This document shows positions 20,553 to 30,378 of a stretch of 64,000 bases of DNA, one piece after another (the first letter of the stretch is position 1; each line of letters opens with the position of its first letter). Made by a program: the position numbers and the translations under genes. Source of the stretch: Candidatus Poribacteria bacterium (GTDB lineage Bacteria > Poribacteria > WGA-4E > JAJDTR01); the NCBI GenBank assembly GCA_965222225.1, contig CBDCTK010000002.1, forward strand, positions 3,808,001 to 3,872,000, given 5' to 3'. Below the pieces are notes generated by a model. The model made no database searches. It was given only the letters and a program-made list of their open reading frames with translations, and was not told where the DNA came from.

Positions 20553-22010
20553 CTAAAACCAGCGTTCGACCACAACTTTCTTCTGCGTGAAGAAATCAAT
20601 CGCGTCACCCGCCTGACCGTGGAGGTCGCCGAAGAAACTTTCCTTCCACCCGCTGAACGGGAAGAACGCCATCGGCGCTGCGACGCCGACATTTATCCCG
20701 ATATTTCCAATCTGGGCTTCGTAGCGGAATTTGCGTGCCGCAGCCCCGCTACTGGTGAAAAGACACGCCATATTCCCGTATTTTCCGCTGTTTATCAATT
20801 TAATCGCATCGTCAACGGTTTCCGCATGGATGAGACCTAGCACGGGACCAAAGATTTCGGTGGATGCAATGTCGCCATCCGGATTCAAGTTCTGCAAGAC
20901 CGTCGGACGCACAAAATTTCCACCCTCAAAGCCCGAGATGAGTGGATGCCGCCCGTCCACCAACACGTCGGCGCCTTCGTCGGCGCCCCGCTGAATCAAC
21001 CCCTCGATACGAGTTTTGCTTTCTAGCGTTATCACGGGCCCCATCTCAACACCTTGCTCTAACCCGTATCCGACGGCTCGAGACGCAGCCGCATCGGCGA
21101 TGGAGTTCGTGAACCAACCCTTCGCCTCACCGACAGTGACGGCGAGAGACGCCGCCAGACACCGTTGTCCCGCACACCCGAAAGCGCTTTCACCCACGGC
21201 ATGGATGACCTCCTTCTCGTCAGCGTCGGGAAGGACAAGAATCGGGTTTTTCGCGCCGCCTTGGCATTGGGCGCGCTTGCCGTTCGCCGTTGCTCGCGCG
21301 TACACATACTTGGCGGTAGCCGTTGCCCCGACAAAACTGATAGCCCGTATAGTGGGATGATCGAGGATGGCATTGACAGTATCCGCGGCGCCGTTTACGA
21401 GATTCACCACGCCCATGGGCAAGCCTGTCTGTTCCAGTAGGCGAAAGACCTTCTGCATGGTTATGGGTACTTTTTCGGACGGTTTGACGATATACGTATT
21501 TCCGCAGGCTATGGCATACGGCAAAAACCAGAACGTAATCATGCCTGGAAAGTTGAAAGGCGCGATTGCCGCACACACGCCGACCGGCTGCCGAATCATG
21601 AACTCGTCAATTCCCGAGGCGATGTCCTCCAAATTCGTGCCCTGCATCATTGTCGGAATGCCGCAGGCGACTTCCACATTTTCGATTGCCCGGCGCATCT
21701 CACCCTTAGCCTCGACGAGCGTTTTCCCAGATTCCATGGTAATCGTGCGGGAAATGTCGTCAAGATTGTCTTCGAGCAACTGTTTCAGCTTGAAGAGGTA
21801 CTGTATTCGCTCCGTCGGTGGCGTATGCCGCCACTCGTCAAGCGCCGACGCGGCTGCTTGTGCGGCGATGTCCACCTCCGCCGCCGGGGATAGCGGCACC
21901 TTGGCTAACACCTCAGCGGTCGCCGGATTCGTGACATCCAGAAATTCATGATTGGCGGGTGTCAGCCACTCATTGTTGATATAGTTTTGTAGTGTATTTT
22001 CTGCTGCCAT
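20553..22010 (-). CDS. mmsA: CoA-acylating methylmalonate-semialdehyde dehydrogenase
   Basis: [49 protein letters not shown]. Confidence 0.92.
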   Translation of the reverse strand: MAAENTLQNYINNEWLTPANHEFLDVTNPATAEVLAKVPLSPAAEVDIAAQAAASALDEWRHTPPTERIQYLFKLKQLLEDNLDDISRTITMESGKTLVEAKGEMRRAIENVEVACGIPTMMQGTNLEDIASGIDEFMIRQPVGVCAAIAPFNFPGMITFWFLPYAIACGNTYIVKPSEKVPITMQKVFRLLEQTGLPMGVVNLVNGAADTVNAILDHPTIRAISFVGATATAKYVYARATANGKRAQCQGGAKNPILVLPDADEKEVIHAVGESAFGCAGQRCLAASLAVTVGEAKGWFTNSIADAAASRAVGYGLEQGVEMGPVITLESKTRIEGLIQRGADEGADVLVDGRHPLISGFEGGNFVRPTVLQNLNPDGDIASTEIFGPVLGLIHAETVDDAIKLINSGKYGNMACLFTSSGAAARKFRYEAQIGNIGINVGVAAPMAFFPFSGWKESFFGDLHGQAGDAIDFFTQKKVVVERWF

Positions 22011-22256
22011 GGGTAATCTCCTCAATTCTTGTTATCTCACCCAAGTTGCCAACCTTTCTCGTAGGTCGGGCTTCTATCCCGACCCACTCAACGAGGAACA
22101 TTGCAAACTGAGACTATGCGATCGAAATCAAGTCAAATATCGCCCGCAGTGGATTGCCAAATCCACTGCCTTAGGTGCGGGAAACTGGTAATTAGAACGA
22201 AATACAATACTCGAAAAGTGAAAATCCCGGAATCTCTGAATTGGTAGCAACTTGGG

Positions 22257-23213
22257 TTATCTCAGTATCGACTTTAGAGTTTCGGTATCGAGGTTTGCTC
22301 CGGTCACCACCATTACCACATCCTCGTTTGCAAGGTCGCTTTTGAGTTTACAGGCGGCGACAAGTGTCGCCGCGGCTGCCGCTTCAACTAAATTGTGTGT
22401 GTATCGCAGCATCATCCGAATTGCCTCCCGCATTTCCTCCTCGCTAACCAAAACGATTTGGTGAATTCCATCTTTGAGAATTGAAAACGGGAAATCGGAC
22501 GGCACGCGCGTCGCCAATCCATCGGCAATGGTTTGGCACGAGTCAGTCTGAATCTTCCTCCCCGCCTTCCATGAGAGGTAAATCGCGGGTGCGTTTTCCG
22601 CCTGCACTCCGATAATCTTTACGTCTGGATTGACCACGCGAGCCACCGTAATCGCTCCACAAGCGCCCGATCCTCCGCCAATCGGCACGATAATCGCGGT
22701 CACATCCGGGAGTTCCTCAAAGATTTCGAGAGAGTATGTCCCTATGCCGTGGAAGAGCGCCGGTTCGCTGAGCGGGTTGACATAGTAGTGCCCTCGTTCT
22801 GCTTGCAGTTCCCCGCACAACTCGCGAGCTTCATCAAAATCGGCGCCTCTCTCAATTAGCTCGGCGCCAAGGGCACGCACTGCACTATTTTTCTCCGGAT
22901 TGTTTCCGTACGGCAGGACAACGGTTGCATGAACGCCGAACTGTTTTGCCGCATACGCAATGGATTGCCCGTTATTCCCGCTGGTAACGGTTATCACGCC
23001 TCGCCGTTTCTGCGGTTCCGGAAGCTGGCTCATGAAATTTAAGCCGCCTCGAACTTTGAAGCTTCCTGTCGGTTGATGGTTTTCGTGTTTGATATAGGCG
23101 TTAAAACCTAGTAAGTCGGACAACTCCGAGTAGCGGACTAAAGGGGTCGGTTTAAGGAAGCGGTAGACAACCCGACGTGCGGCGACGATGTCATGAAATG
23201 TGACAGAATTCAA
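22257..23213 (-). CDS. PLP-dependent threonine/serine dehydratase family protein
   Basis: KHENHQPTGSFKVRG, SGNNG, VPIGGGSG, TIADGL; TTG start after GAGGGG. Confidence 0.88.
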   Translation of the reverse strand: MNSVTFHDIVAARRVVYRFLKPTPLVRYSELSDLLGFNAYIKHENHQPTGSFKVRGGLNFMSQLPEPQKRRGVITVTSGNNGQSIAYAAKQFGVHATVVLPYGNNPEKNSAVRALGAELIERGADFDEARELCGELQAERGHYYVNPLSEPALFHGIGTYSLEIFEELPDVTAIIVPIGGGSGACGAITVARVVNPDVKIIGVQAENAPAIYLSWKAGRKIQTDSCQTIADGLATRVPSDFPFSILKDGIHQIVLVSEEEMREAIRMMLRYTHNLVEAAAAATLVAACKLKSDLANEDVVMVVTGANLDTETLKSILR

Positions 23214-23417
23214 TGAACCCCTCTTGACTGGCGGCGGCGATGACCTAACGATGGCTGTGTGTCCGCGAGGATGGTTCTTGTAAGTGCAGGCGATGTTTGA
23301 TACAATGATAGCAGTTATCGAAAACGGTGTCAAACGAATTGATTATCACGGATTGTGTGGGATGGAGTGTTGGGTTTCACTCGGATTTCGGCGCTTTTTG
23401 GGCGAAGGGGAGAAAAA

Positions 23418-24398
23418 ATGCGATTCAAGTTGACACCTAGATCTATACTGTTTGCGGTGCTGTGTGTCTGTCTGACGAGTGGGGAGCTGTGGTTGAGAAA
23501 CGGACTCGCCTTCAACACAGGTCGAATTGTTTTTACATCCATGAGAGATGGCACCAATGAAATCTATGTAATGGATGCCGATGGAGGAAACCAAGAAAGA
23601 CTGACAAACCATCCAACGTATGACTTCGATCCGGATTGGTCTTCTGACGGGAAGAAGATTGCATTCGTTTCCACCCGAATCGGCAACGGTTTTAAAATCT
23701 ACGTAATGGACGCCAATGGAAAGAACCCGATTAGACTGACAAGTGAACTGTCGGAGAAGCAGCCAGACTGGTCTCCCGATGGGCAAAAGATCGCTTTCAC
23801 CGTCCTCCCAGATAAAGAAGATTTGGTACCTCATATCGCCGTGATGGATGCTGATGGAAATAATCGTGTGAGGCATGAAGACCACGCGATGGAGCCATCA
23901 TGGTCTCCCGATGGGGAAGCGATTGCATTCGTATCCTGGAGACATGGGGGCAATGAAATTTACATGATAGGCGCTGACAGACAGGGGCTTAAAAGGGTGA
24001 CGCGCGATTTGGAACCTAAAAACAGGCCATCGTTTTCTCCCGACGGACAACGGATTGCATACTATGCCTGGCACGAAGGCGAAGGATTCGATCACATCTA
24101 TGTGGTGGACACTGATGGTAGAAATCGCAAAAGGCTTACGCACAATCAAGAGCATCATTCGCAGCCCGCATGGTCTCCTGATGGACAGACGATTGCATAT
24201 GTGATGTCTAACGATATTTTTTTCGGCGGAGCAACGATTCACTTGATGACCGCCGATGGAAAATATCTTAAGCAACTTAGCGATGTCCATGATGCACACG
24301 ATTATCAGCCCGACTTTAGCCCGATAGGACTAGCTGTGTCCCCCACTTCCAACAAAATCACAATCTGGGGGAGGCTTAAGCTCGACATTGTGCAATAG
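23418..24398 (+). CDS. Secreted TolB/PD40-repeat beta-propeller, paralog 1
   Basis: Repeated P.WSPDG..IAF; C-terminal AVSPTSNKITIWGRLK. Confidence 0.88.
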   Translation: MRFKLTPRSILFAVLCVCLTSGELWLRNGLAFNTGRIVFTSMRDGTNEIYVMDADGGNQERLTNHPTYDFDPDWSSDGKKIAFVSTRIGNGFKIYVMDANGKNPIRLTSELSEKQPDWSPDGQKIAFTVLPDKEDLVPHIAVMDADGNNRVRHEDHAMEPSWSPDGEAIAFVSWRHGGNEIYMIGADRQGLKRVTRDLEPKNRPSFSPDGQRIAYYAWHEGEGFDHIYVVDTDGRNRKRLTHNQEHHSQPAWSPDGQTIAYVMSNDIFFGGATIHLMTADGKYLKQLSDVHDAHDYQPDFSPIGLAVSPTSNKITIWGRLKLDIVQ

Positions 24399-24430
24399 TA
24401 CACTTCATGAATTGCCATCTTGTAGGGTGC

Positions 24431-24467
24431 GATCAAAGGAACGAATAATGATTGCGATAGAGATCCC
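24431..24467 (+). repeat. 37-nt structured micro-element inserted in a REP
   Basis: GATCAA AG GA AC GAATA AT GA TT GCGATAG AG ATCCC interrupts GTAGGGTGC..CTGCGCACC. Confidence 0.85.
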
Positions 24468-24632
24468 CTGCGCACCAGCCTTTGAAAGCGCCAGCGACGC
24501 GACGGGTCATTGAAAACCTCGCCAGCGTTGAGGGCGTCGCTTAATGGTTGGAAGTGCGTCCAAACAACTCACGTTATTGCGCTCTAAACCAGATTTTCAC
24601 CGCTCATTTTATCCACAACTAAGGAGGGCAAA

Positions 24633-25607
24633 ATGCAATTCAAACTGACACCTAGACTTATACTGTTTGCGGTGCTGTGTGTCTGTCTGACGAGTGAGGA
24701 ACTGTGGTTGAGAAACGCACTCGCCTTCAACACAGGTCGAATTGTTTTCACTTCCCTGAGAGATGGCAACACTGAAATCTATGTAATGGATGCAGATGGA
24801 GGAAACCAAGAAAACCTGACAAACAATCCAGCGTACGACCATGTTCCGGATTGGTCTCCTGACGGGACGAAGATTGCATTCGTTTCCGACCGAAACGGCG
24901 GCGCATCTCAAATCTACGTAATGGATGCCGATGGAAAGAACCCGATTAGACTCACGGACGGACGGCGGCATAAGTCACATCCAGACTGGTCTCCTGATGG
25001 ACAAAAGATTGCATTCACCGTCAACCCGGGTTGGATAAACGATTGGGTACATCATATCGCCGTGATGGATGCTAATGGAAATAATCGTGAGAGGCTTGAA
25101 GACCAGGCGTCGGGGCCATCGTGGTCTCCGGATGGAAAACAGATTGCATTCGTGTCCTGGAGAGACGGGAACGGTGAAATTTACGTGATAGGCACTAACG
25201 GACATGGGCTGAAAAGAGTGACGCACGATTTAGTAGGTCAACACAGACCGTCGTTTTCTCCCGACGGACGACGGATTGCATACATTGCGGAGCACGAAGG
25301 ATTCCTTCACATTTATGTAGTGGACTCCAATGGAAAGAATCTACAGAGGCTTACGCACAATGAAGAGAATCATTGGGGGCCCGCATGGTCTCCTGATGGA
25401 CAGACGATCGTATATTACGTCTGGGACGGCATCTTGGAGGGAAATCTTCACGGCACGATTCACTTGATGGCCGCCAATGGAAGATATATTAGACAACTTA
25501 GCGATGCGCGCGATCATAATCCCGACATTAGCCCGCTAGGATTAGCTGTGTCCCCCGCTTCCAGCAAAATCACAATCTGGGCGAGGCTGAAGAACCTGTT
25601 TGAATAG
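24633..25607 (+). CDS. Secreted TolB/PD40-repeat beta-propeller, paralog 2
   Basis: Near-identical N-terminus to paralog 1; PD40 repeats; AVSPASSKITIWARLK. Confidence 0.88.
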   Translation: MQFKLTPRLILFAVLCVCLTSEELWLRNALAFNTGRIVFTSLRDGNTEIYVMDADGGNQENLTNNPAYDHVPDWSPDGTKIAFVSDRNGGASQIYVMDADGKNPIRLTDGRRHKSHPDWSPDGQKIAFTVNPGWINDWVHHIAVMDANGNNRERLEDQASGPSWSPDGKQIAFVSWRDGNGEIYVIGTNGHGLKRVTHDLVGQHRPSFSPDGRRIAYIAEHEGFLHIYVVDSNGKNLQRLTHNEENHWGPAWSPDGQTIVYYVWDGILEGNLHGTIHLMAANGRYIRQLSDARDHNPDISPLGLAVSPASSKITIWARLKNLFE

Positions 25608-25748
25608 TGGAAAGTCATTTCTGGTTGTAATGAAAGCGCGAATGCCCTCTTGTATGATTTCTCACGGATTTCAGTTTAATCCAACCTACGCACCAAGTAA
25701 TAACCTACTCAAATTCAATATTGAAAAAAACCATCAAGGAACTTCAAT

Positions 25749-26783
25749 ATGCCAAGAGAACTTGTTGCTATCTCTTTACGAAACCCGGTCCTCCGCGAGT
25801 ATGAGGAGTCGGAACTCAAGCCCGAAGAGGTCAGGATAAGAAGCCTCTTCTCGGCGCCCAAACACGGGAGTGACCTTCGCACCTATCGGGCGGATACCAA
25901 AGATTATTCGAAGCCGTTTGATAAAGAGCGGCGCCTCCATGCCGGAACACCAAAATCCCCGACGTTTCCAATGAAATTGGGGAATATGACGGCAGGACAC
26001 GTTGTTGAAGTCGGGGGAGAGGTGACCGATTTTGAGGTAGGAGACCGCGTATTCGGATACCTGCCCATCCGTGAAACCCATACCGTTGATGCGCAGAGAT
26101 TGAAGAAAGCGCCCGATGGAATGGCACCCGAAGCCATCGTCTACTCGGATCCGGCCGGAGTAGCGCTCGGAGCCATCCGCGAGAGCAAACTGCGTATCGG
26201 CGATCGTGTTTCCGTGCACGGACTCGGCGCTATCGGGCAGATGGCGCTGCAGCTTGCTCGACTTCAAGGCGCGCGGTGGATAGCGGCAACCGATCCAATC
26301 CCGCTGCGCTGTGAGCTCGCCAACAAGCATGGCGCCGATCTTGTCGTTAATCCGGTCGCTCAAGACGCGGGCTTCGTCATCAAAGATCAGACGGACAAAA
26401 TCGGCGTAGATGTTGCCCTTGAGACGAGCGGGAACTATGCCGCTTTGAACGATGCATTGCGTGCCGCGGGTTATGGCGGGACGATTGTCTCGTCGGCGTA
26501 TTATACCGGCGACTCCCACGCTCTGAGTCTTGAAGGCGAATGGCACCGAAATCGGCTCACGATTATCTCCAGTCGAGATGTGAGTCAGCCCCTTCGTGAC
26601 CATCCGCTGTGGGATTCCAAACGCATCCATCAAGAGGCGTTTGCGCTGCTGCAGGAGGGGCGGCTTTCGGTGGAGGGTTTAATCCATCCTATCGTCACCT
26701 TCGACGAATCGGCTGAAGCCTACCGCGAAATCGACGAAGCGCCGGAGCTTAGCATTAAGCTGGGAATTCGGTACGATATCTAA
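25749..26783 (+). CDS. MDR-family (zinc-type) alcohol dehydrogenase
   Basis: GHVVEVGGEV..FEVGDRV, GLGAIG Rossmann motif. Confidence 0.85.
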   Translation: MPRELVAISLRNPVLREYEESELKPEEVRIRSLFSAPKHGSDLRTYRADTKDYSKPFDKERRLHAGTPKSPTFPMKLGNMTAGHVVEVGGEVTDFEVGDRVFGYLPIRETHTVDAQRLKKAPDGMAPEAIVYSDPAGVALGAIRESKLRIGDRVSVHGLGAIGQMALQLARLQGARWIAATDPIPLRCELANKHGADLVVNPVAQDAGFVIKDQTDKIGVDVALETSGNYAALNDALRAAGYGGTIVSSAYYTGDSHALSLEGEWHRNRLTIISSRDVSQPLRDHPLWDSKRIHQEAFALLQEGRLSVEGLIHPIVTFDESAEAYREIDEAPELSIKLGIRYDI

Positions 26784-26799
26784 CAAAGGAGATCATGAT

Positions 26800-27843
26800 T
26801 TGCAACTTCTATCGAATGAAGTCATCTATCACGATGGCAAACACAACGCGTTTACGTCCATGGTGCGTTGGAATGACAAATACTGGGTAGCCTTCAGAAA
26901 CGGCGCCTCTCACAAATCCGATGACGGTCGCCTCATTGTCATGAATTCAAGCGATCTGGTGACGTGGTCTGAGCCGCAGGAGGTCATCGACACCGATATC
27001 GACGACCGGGATCCGGCTGTATTCGTTTGCGATGATCGGTTATTCCTTGTCAGTATGTCCTACGAACGCAAGCTGCATGAGGGGGAAAAGCAGCGGCGCC
27101 TCGTTAGTATGAGAAGCTACGTCGTCAGCAGCAGCGATGGCGTAAACTGGACGCAACCGCAAATGGCTTTGCCGGAGCATCGGGTCATCTGGTGGGTATC
27201 GTCTGGTCCCGACGCACTCTATGGGTCTGTGTACGGTGCGGGTACGGCGAACGAAGGCGCCGATTATTTTCGGTGGACGGAACTCTGGCGGAGTACGAAC
27301 GGATTAGAATGGGAGAAGGTTGGCATCATTTCCGACGAAAATCGGGCGACGGAGTGCGCGCTGGCTTTTCTACCGGACAAGCGGTTGGTTGCTTTTGTAA
27401 GGCACGATGAACACGACAAGCCGGAGATCAAGATTGCTTCGCCCCCATATCGTGAATGGGAGACCGCCGTGGAACTCGGTTTCAGGAACAATGGACCCGC
27501 TATCGGACGTGTCGGGGATAAGCTGGTAACCGCGACCAGAGCCATATTCGAAGATCCCAACACACCACTCGCGGATGACCTCTGCAGAGAACGGCGAAGG
27601 GGCATGATTATGGGCGTGTTCGATCCGGATACGCTCCAATGGGAGCCTGCCTTGGCGATTCCCCACGCCCGCGGGGTTATGAGTCCCAACGATCCGGACG
27701 GTCACGCGGACTCGGGCATGAATTGGCCCGATGTGTCGTATGCCTCTATCATGGACTTGGGCGATGGAAACTTCGTGATGATTTATTATGAAGGGTTTAA
27801 GGGCCCGCCCTCCGATATTCGTGCGGCAATGCTAAGGATGTAG
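26800..27843 (+). CDS. Sialidase/BNR-like beta-propeller protein
   Basis: HNAFT...FRNG..H, DDRDP, S.DG..W boxes, DVSYA; TTG start after AGGAG. Confidence 0.7.
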   Translation: MQLLSNEVIYHDGKHNAFTSMVRWNDKYWVAFRNGASHKSDDGRLIVMNSSDLVTWSEPQEVIDTDIDDRDPAVFVCDDRLFLVSMSYERKLHEGEKQRRLVSMRSYVVSSSDGVNWTQPQMALPEHRVIWWVSSGPDALYGSVYGAGTANEGADYFRWTELWRSTNGLEWEKVGIISDENRATECALAFLPDKRLVAFVRHDEHDKPEIKIASPPYREWETAVELGFRNNGPAIGRVGDKLVTATRAIFEDPNTPLADDLCRERRRGMIMGVFDPDTLQWEPALAIPHARGVMSPNDPDGHADSGMNWPDVSYASIMDLGDGNFVMIYYEGFKGPPSDIRAAMLRM

Positions 27844-28133
27844 GTAAGTTTTAATACTAAGGTTGGTCTACTGAAGCGACTAGGAAGGCTGGGGTTGGAA
27901 GCATGGAAGAGGGGAAGAGTGGAAGGTTCGCTCCGACGGGGCCCTCAAACCTCTGGAGCGGCATCATGGGAGCCAAAAGCTAGATAAAGCCTAACTAAAT
28001 GTGTCAAGCTAGCTAGAGTTGGGTTTCACCGTGTTCAACCCAACCCACAGGCTACACATCTCTTTTGATGTCTTCCCAACGGAACGTCTTGCCTTCAGCT
28101 AGATGCTTCTTTGCAGCTTCAAGAAATGAAATT

Positions 28134-28183
28134 TGTACCGCAATCTGTTAGTTTGCGTTCACAATCTAACAGATTGTGTTACA
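28134..28183. repeat. REPIN family B upstream of RAYT
   Basis: GTACCGCAATCTGTTAGTTTGCG plus inverted CACAATCTAACAGATTGTGTTAC. Confidence 0.85.
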
Positions 28184-28206
28184 TTCCGTGTAGAATAGAG
28201 AAACGG

Positions 28207-28929
28207 ATGAGCCATTTTGATCGCAAACTGTTCTACCAGCGTAACCTGCCGCATATACAACCGCCGGGTGCAACTTTCTTCGTCACGTTCAACCTTGCAG
28301 GTTCCCTACCACGAGCCGTACTGCAGCAGCGGAACGCAGAGAAACGCCAACTTGACGCAGAAAAATCGCACCTTCTAAAGTTGCACGGTGCCTCTCATTT
28401 CGAGGTGGTCGGAGATATAACATCTGAGCAAAAACAGGAACATCGTGAATGGAACCGGCGGTGGTTCCGAAAGTTTGAAACAGCGTTGGATAATGCACAA
28501 AGTGGGCCTCTATGGCTCAAAGACGAGCGGATTGCTAAAGAGGTAGCAGAGAGCCTGCGCTACCGAGATGGGAAAGTATACCGCTTGGACGCTTATTGCA
28601 TCATGGCAAATCATGTACATGTTGTGTTTGCTCCACTTGCAATACAACCTTCCGAAGAGGCGCAAACTAACAGTTTGCGGTACAACACACTTGCCTCCAT
28701 TATGCAATCGCTCAAAGGTTACACAGCGTGGAAGGCTAATCGTGTATTAGGGCGCAGTAACGCATTCTGGCACCATGAAAGTTACGATCATAGTGTGCGG
28801 AACACAAGCGAGTGGCAACGGATTGTCACCTACGTTCTCAATAACCCTGTAAAAGCGGGTTTAATCAAGGATTGGGAAAAGTGGCAGTGGAGTTATTTCC
28901 GGGGCTTTCACGGTATCGCAAACTGTTAG
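28207..28929 (+). mobile_element. REP-associated tyrosine transposase (RAYT, IS200-like HUH Y1 nuclease)
   Basis: RNLPH, TFFVTF, YCIMANHVH (HUH), SLKGYTA, FWHHESYDHSVR, YVLNNPVKAGL; REPINs on both flanks. Confidence 0.92.
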
Positions 28930-29083
28930 TTTGCGGCCACAATCCAACAGATTGTGCTACAGAAAGAGAGACAGTTCAACAGCATGAGTAGCATTCTCGT
29001 ACCGCAAACTGTTTGTGTGCGTTCACAATCTAACAGATTGTGGTACAGAAGAGAGACGGTTTAATAGCATGAATAGGATTCTT
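28913..29083. repeat. Two tandem ~86-bp units, each containing a family-B REPIN, downstream of RAYT
   Basis: GTA(T/C)CGCAAACTGTT...CACAATC(C/T)AACAGATTGTG..ACA + GAAGAGAGAC.GTT.AA.AGCATGA.TAG.ATTCT, twice. Confidence 0.85.
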
Positions 29084-29325
29084 TGATGTCGCCCCAGTAA
29101 TTTAGCTACCGGTTTTTCGCTCCAGAGAAGCAGTGTGTTTGTAAAATGTGCACAGTTTCTATTCTTCCTAGTCAATGCGTAAGATGAACTTCCATATTGA
29201 AACTTGCTCAAATGTTTTAGATGTCAGGATATATGGCATATAGCCCGATTCCCGTCGAATCTCCAAAATCGGCACTGAGTCTGGATGTGTTGTTCAAGAG
29301 GTACAACTAGCAAAGGAGTTAACTC

Positions 29326-30273
29326 GTGAACCAATCATTCAACGTCCCCCGACGCAGGTGGGGCAAAAGCGAAATCTCGATTCCGGTCATCCCGTTCGGC
29401 ACGCAGGGATTCGGCAACAATTTTGGTCATGTCACCGACGACGAAGCCTGCGAACTCATGCGGCACTCGATAGATATCGGAATAAACCATTTCGATACCT
29501 CGCTCTGCTACGGCGACTCGCAGCGCAAGGTCGGCGTCGCGCTCAAGAGCGGCGCCATCAGGCGCGACGAGATCGTCCTAAGCGCGCGAATCTGTTGTAA
29601 TTTCACATACGAGTGGAACGGAACGGATTTCGAGCGGAATTCAAAGGATCCCGACTATTCCTCCGACTACGCTATGGCAAATATCGAGAAACAGCTGGAG
29701 CTAACGGGAACCGACCATTTCGACGCCATGTCTATCCACGACCCGGTCGAAATCGAGCCGACCTTGGCGAAGGAGGGAACGTTCGAATGCCTCAAGAAGT
29801 TGAAATCCCGCGGCATCGTCCGTAATATCGGGTATGCAATGAATCCGCACGATTTCCATCTCACGGCAATGGAAACGGGCGAGGTGGACGTGCTGCTCAC
29901 GTTCAACGACTACAATCTGTTCGGCACGACCGCCGCGGATGATATTCTTCCCGCCGCCGCGGAACGAGACATCGGCGTGCTTAACGGATGGTCGATAAAA
30001 CGGGGGCTTTTGACGGGAATCGATCTCTCCGGACGCGATCGAAGTAATTCGGAGGTCGATCGGGCAATCAAGATGCGTCAGTGGTGCATTGACAACGGCT
30101 ACAGCCTATTGGCGATGGCGCTGGGGTTTTGCTTGCGGGAGGAGCGCATCCACGGCAACCCCATCGGCAGCCTGAACATCGAACAGTTGGAACTGAACGC
30201 GCGAGCGGTGAGCGAACCGTTGCCCGAGGGCGCGCTTGACCGATTTTTGGAACAGGAGTGGGCCAAGTCGTGA
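29326..30273 (+). CDS. Aldo/keto reductase
   Basis: GINHFDTSLCYGDSQRKVG, IHDP; GTG start after AAGGAG. Confidence 0.85.
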   Translation: MNQSFNVPRRRWGKSEISIPVIPFGTQGFGNNFGHVTDDEACELMRHSIDIGINHFDTSLCYGDSQRKVGVALKSGAIRRDEIVLSARICCNFTYEWNGTDFERNSKDPDYSSDYAMANIEKQLELTGTDHFDAMSIHDPVEIEPTLAKEGTFECLKKLKSRGIVRNIGYAMNPHDFHLTAMETGEVDVLLTFNDYNLFGTTAADDILPAAAERDIGVLNGWSIKRGLLTGIDLSGRDRSNSEVDRAIKMRQWCIDNGYSLLAMALGFCLREERIHGNPIGSLNIEQLELNARAVSEPLPEGALDRFLEQEWAKS

Positions 30274-30378
30274 GGCGTGTATGTTGAGCGCTTCACTTGA
30301 GGAGGATGCGCAGACAGTTCTATCGCGCTCCTTATTCAGTCACTTGATCCCTACAGTAGAAACTAATTCGAGGAGCAA

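Noticed and set aside
28111-28206. N-terminal ORF-track extensions of RAYT (also alkA 33989, hydrolase 48856, FG-GAP 58486, dehydratase 23333)
   Set aside because: They translate REP, micro-element or other intergenic DNA; downstream starts have better RBS or homology support.
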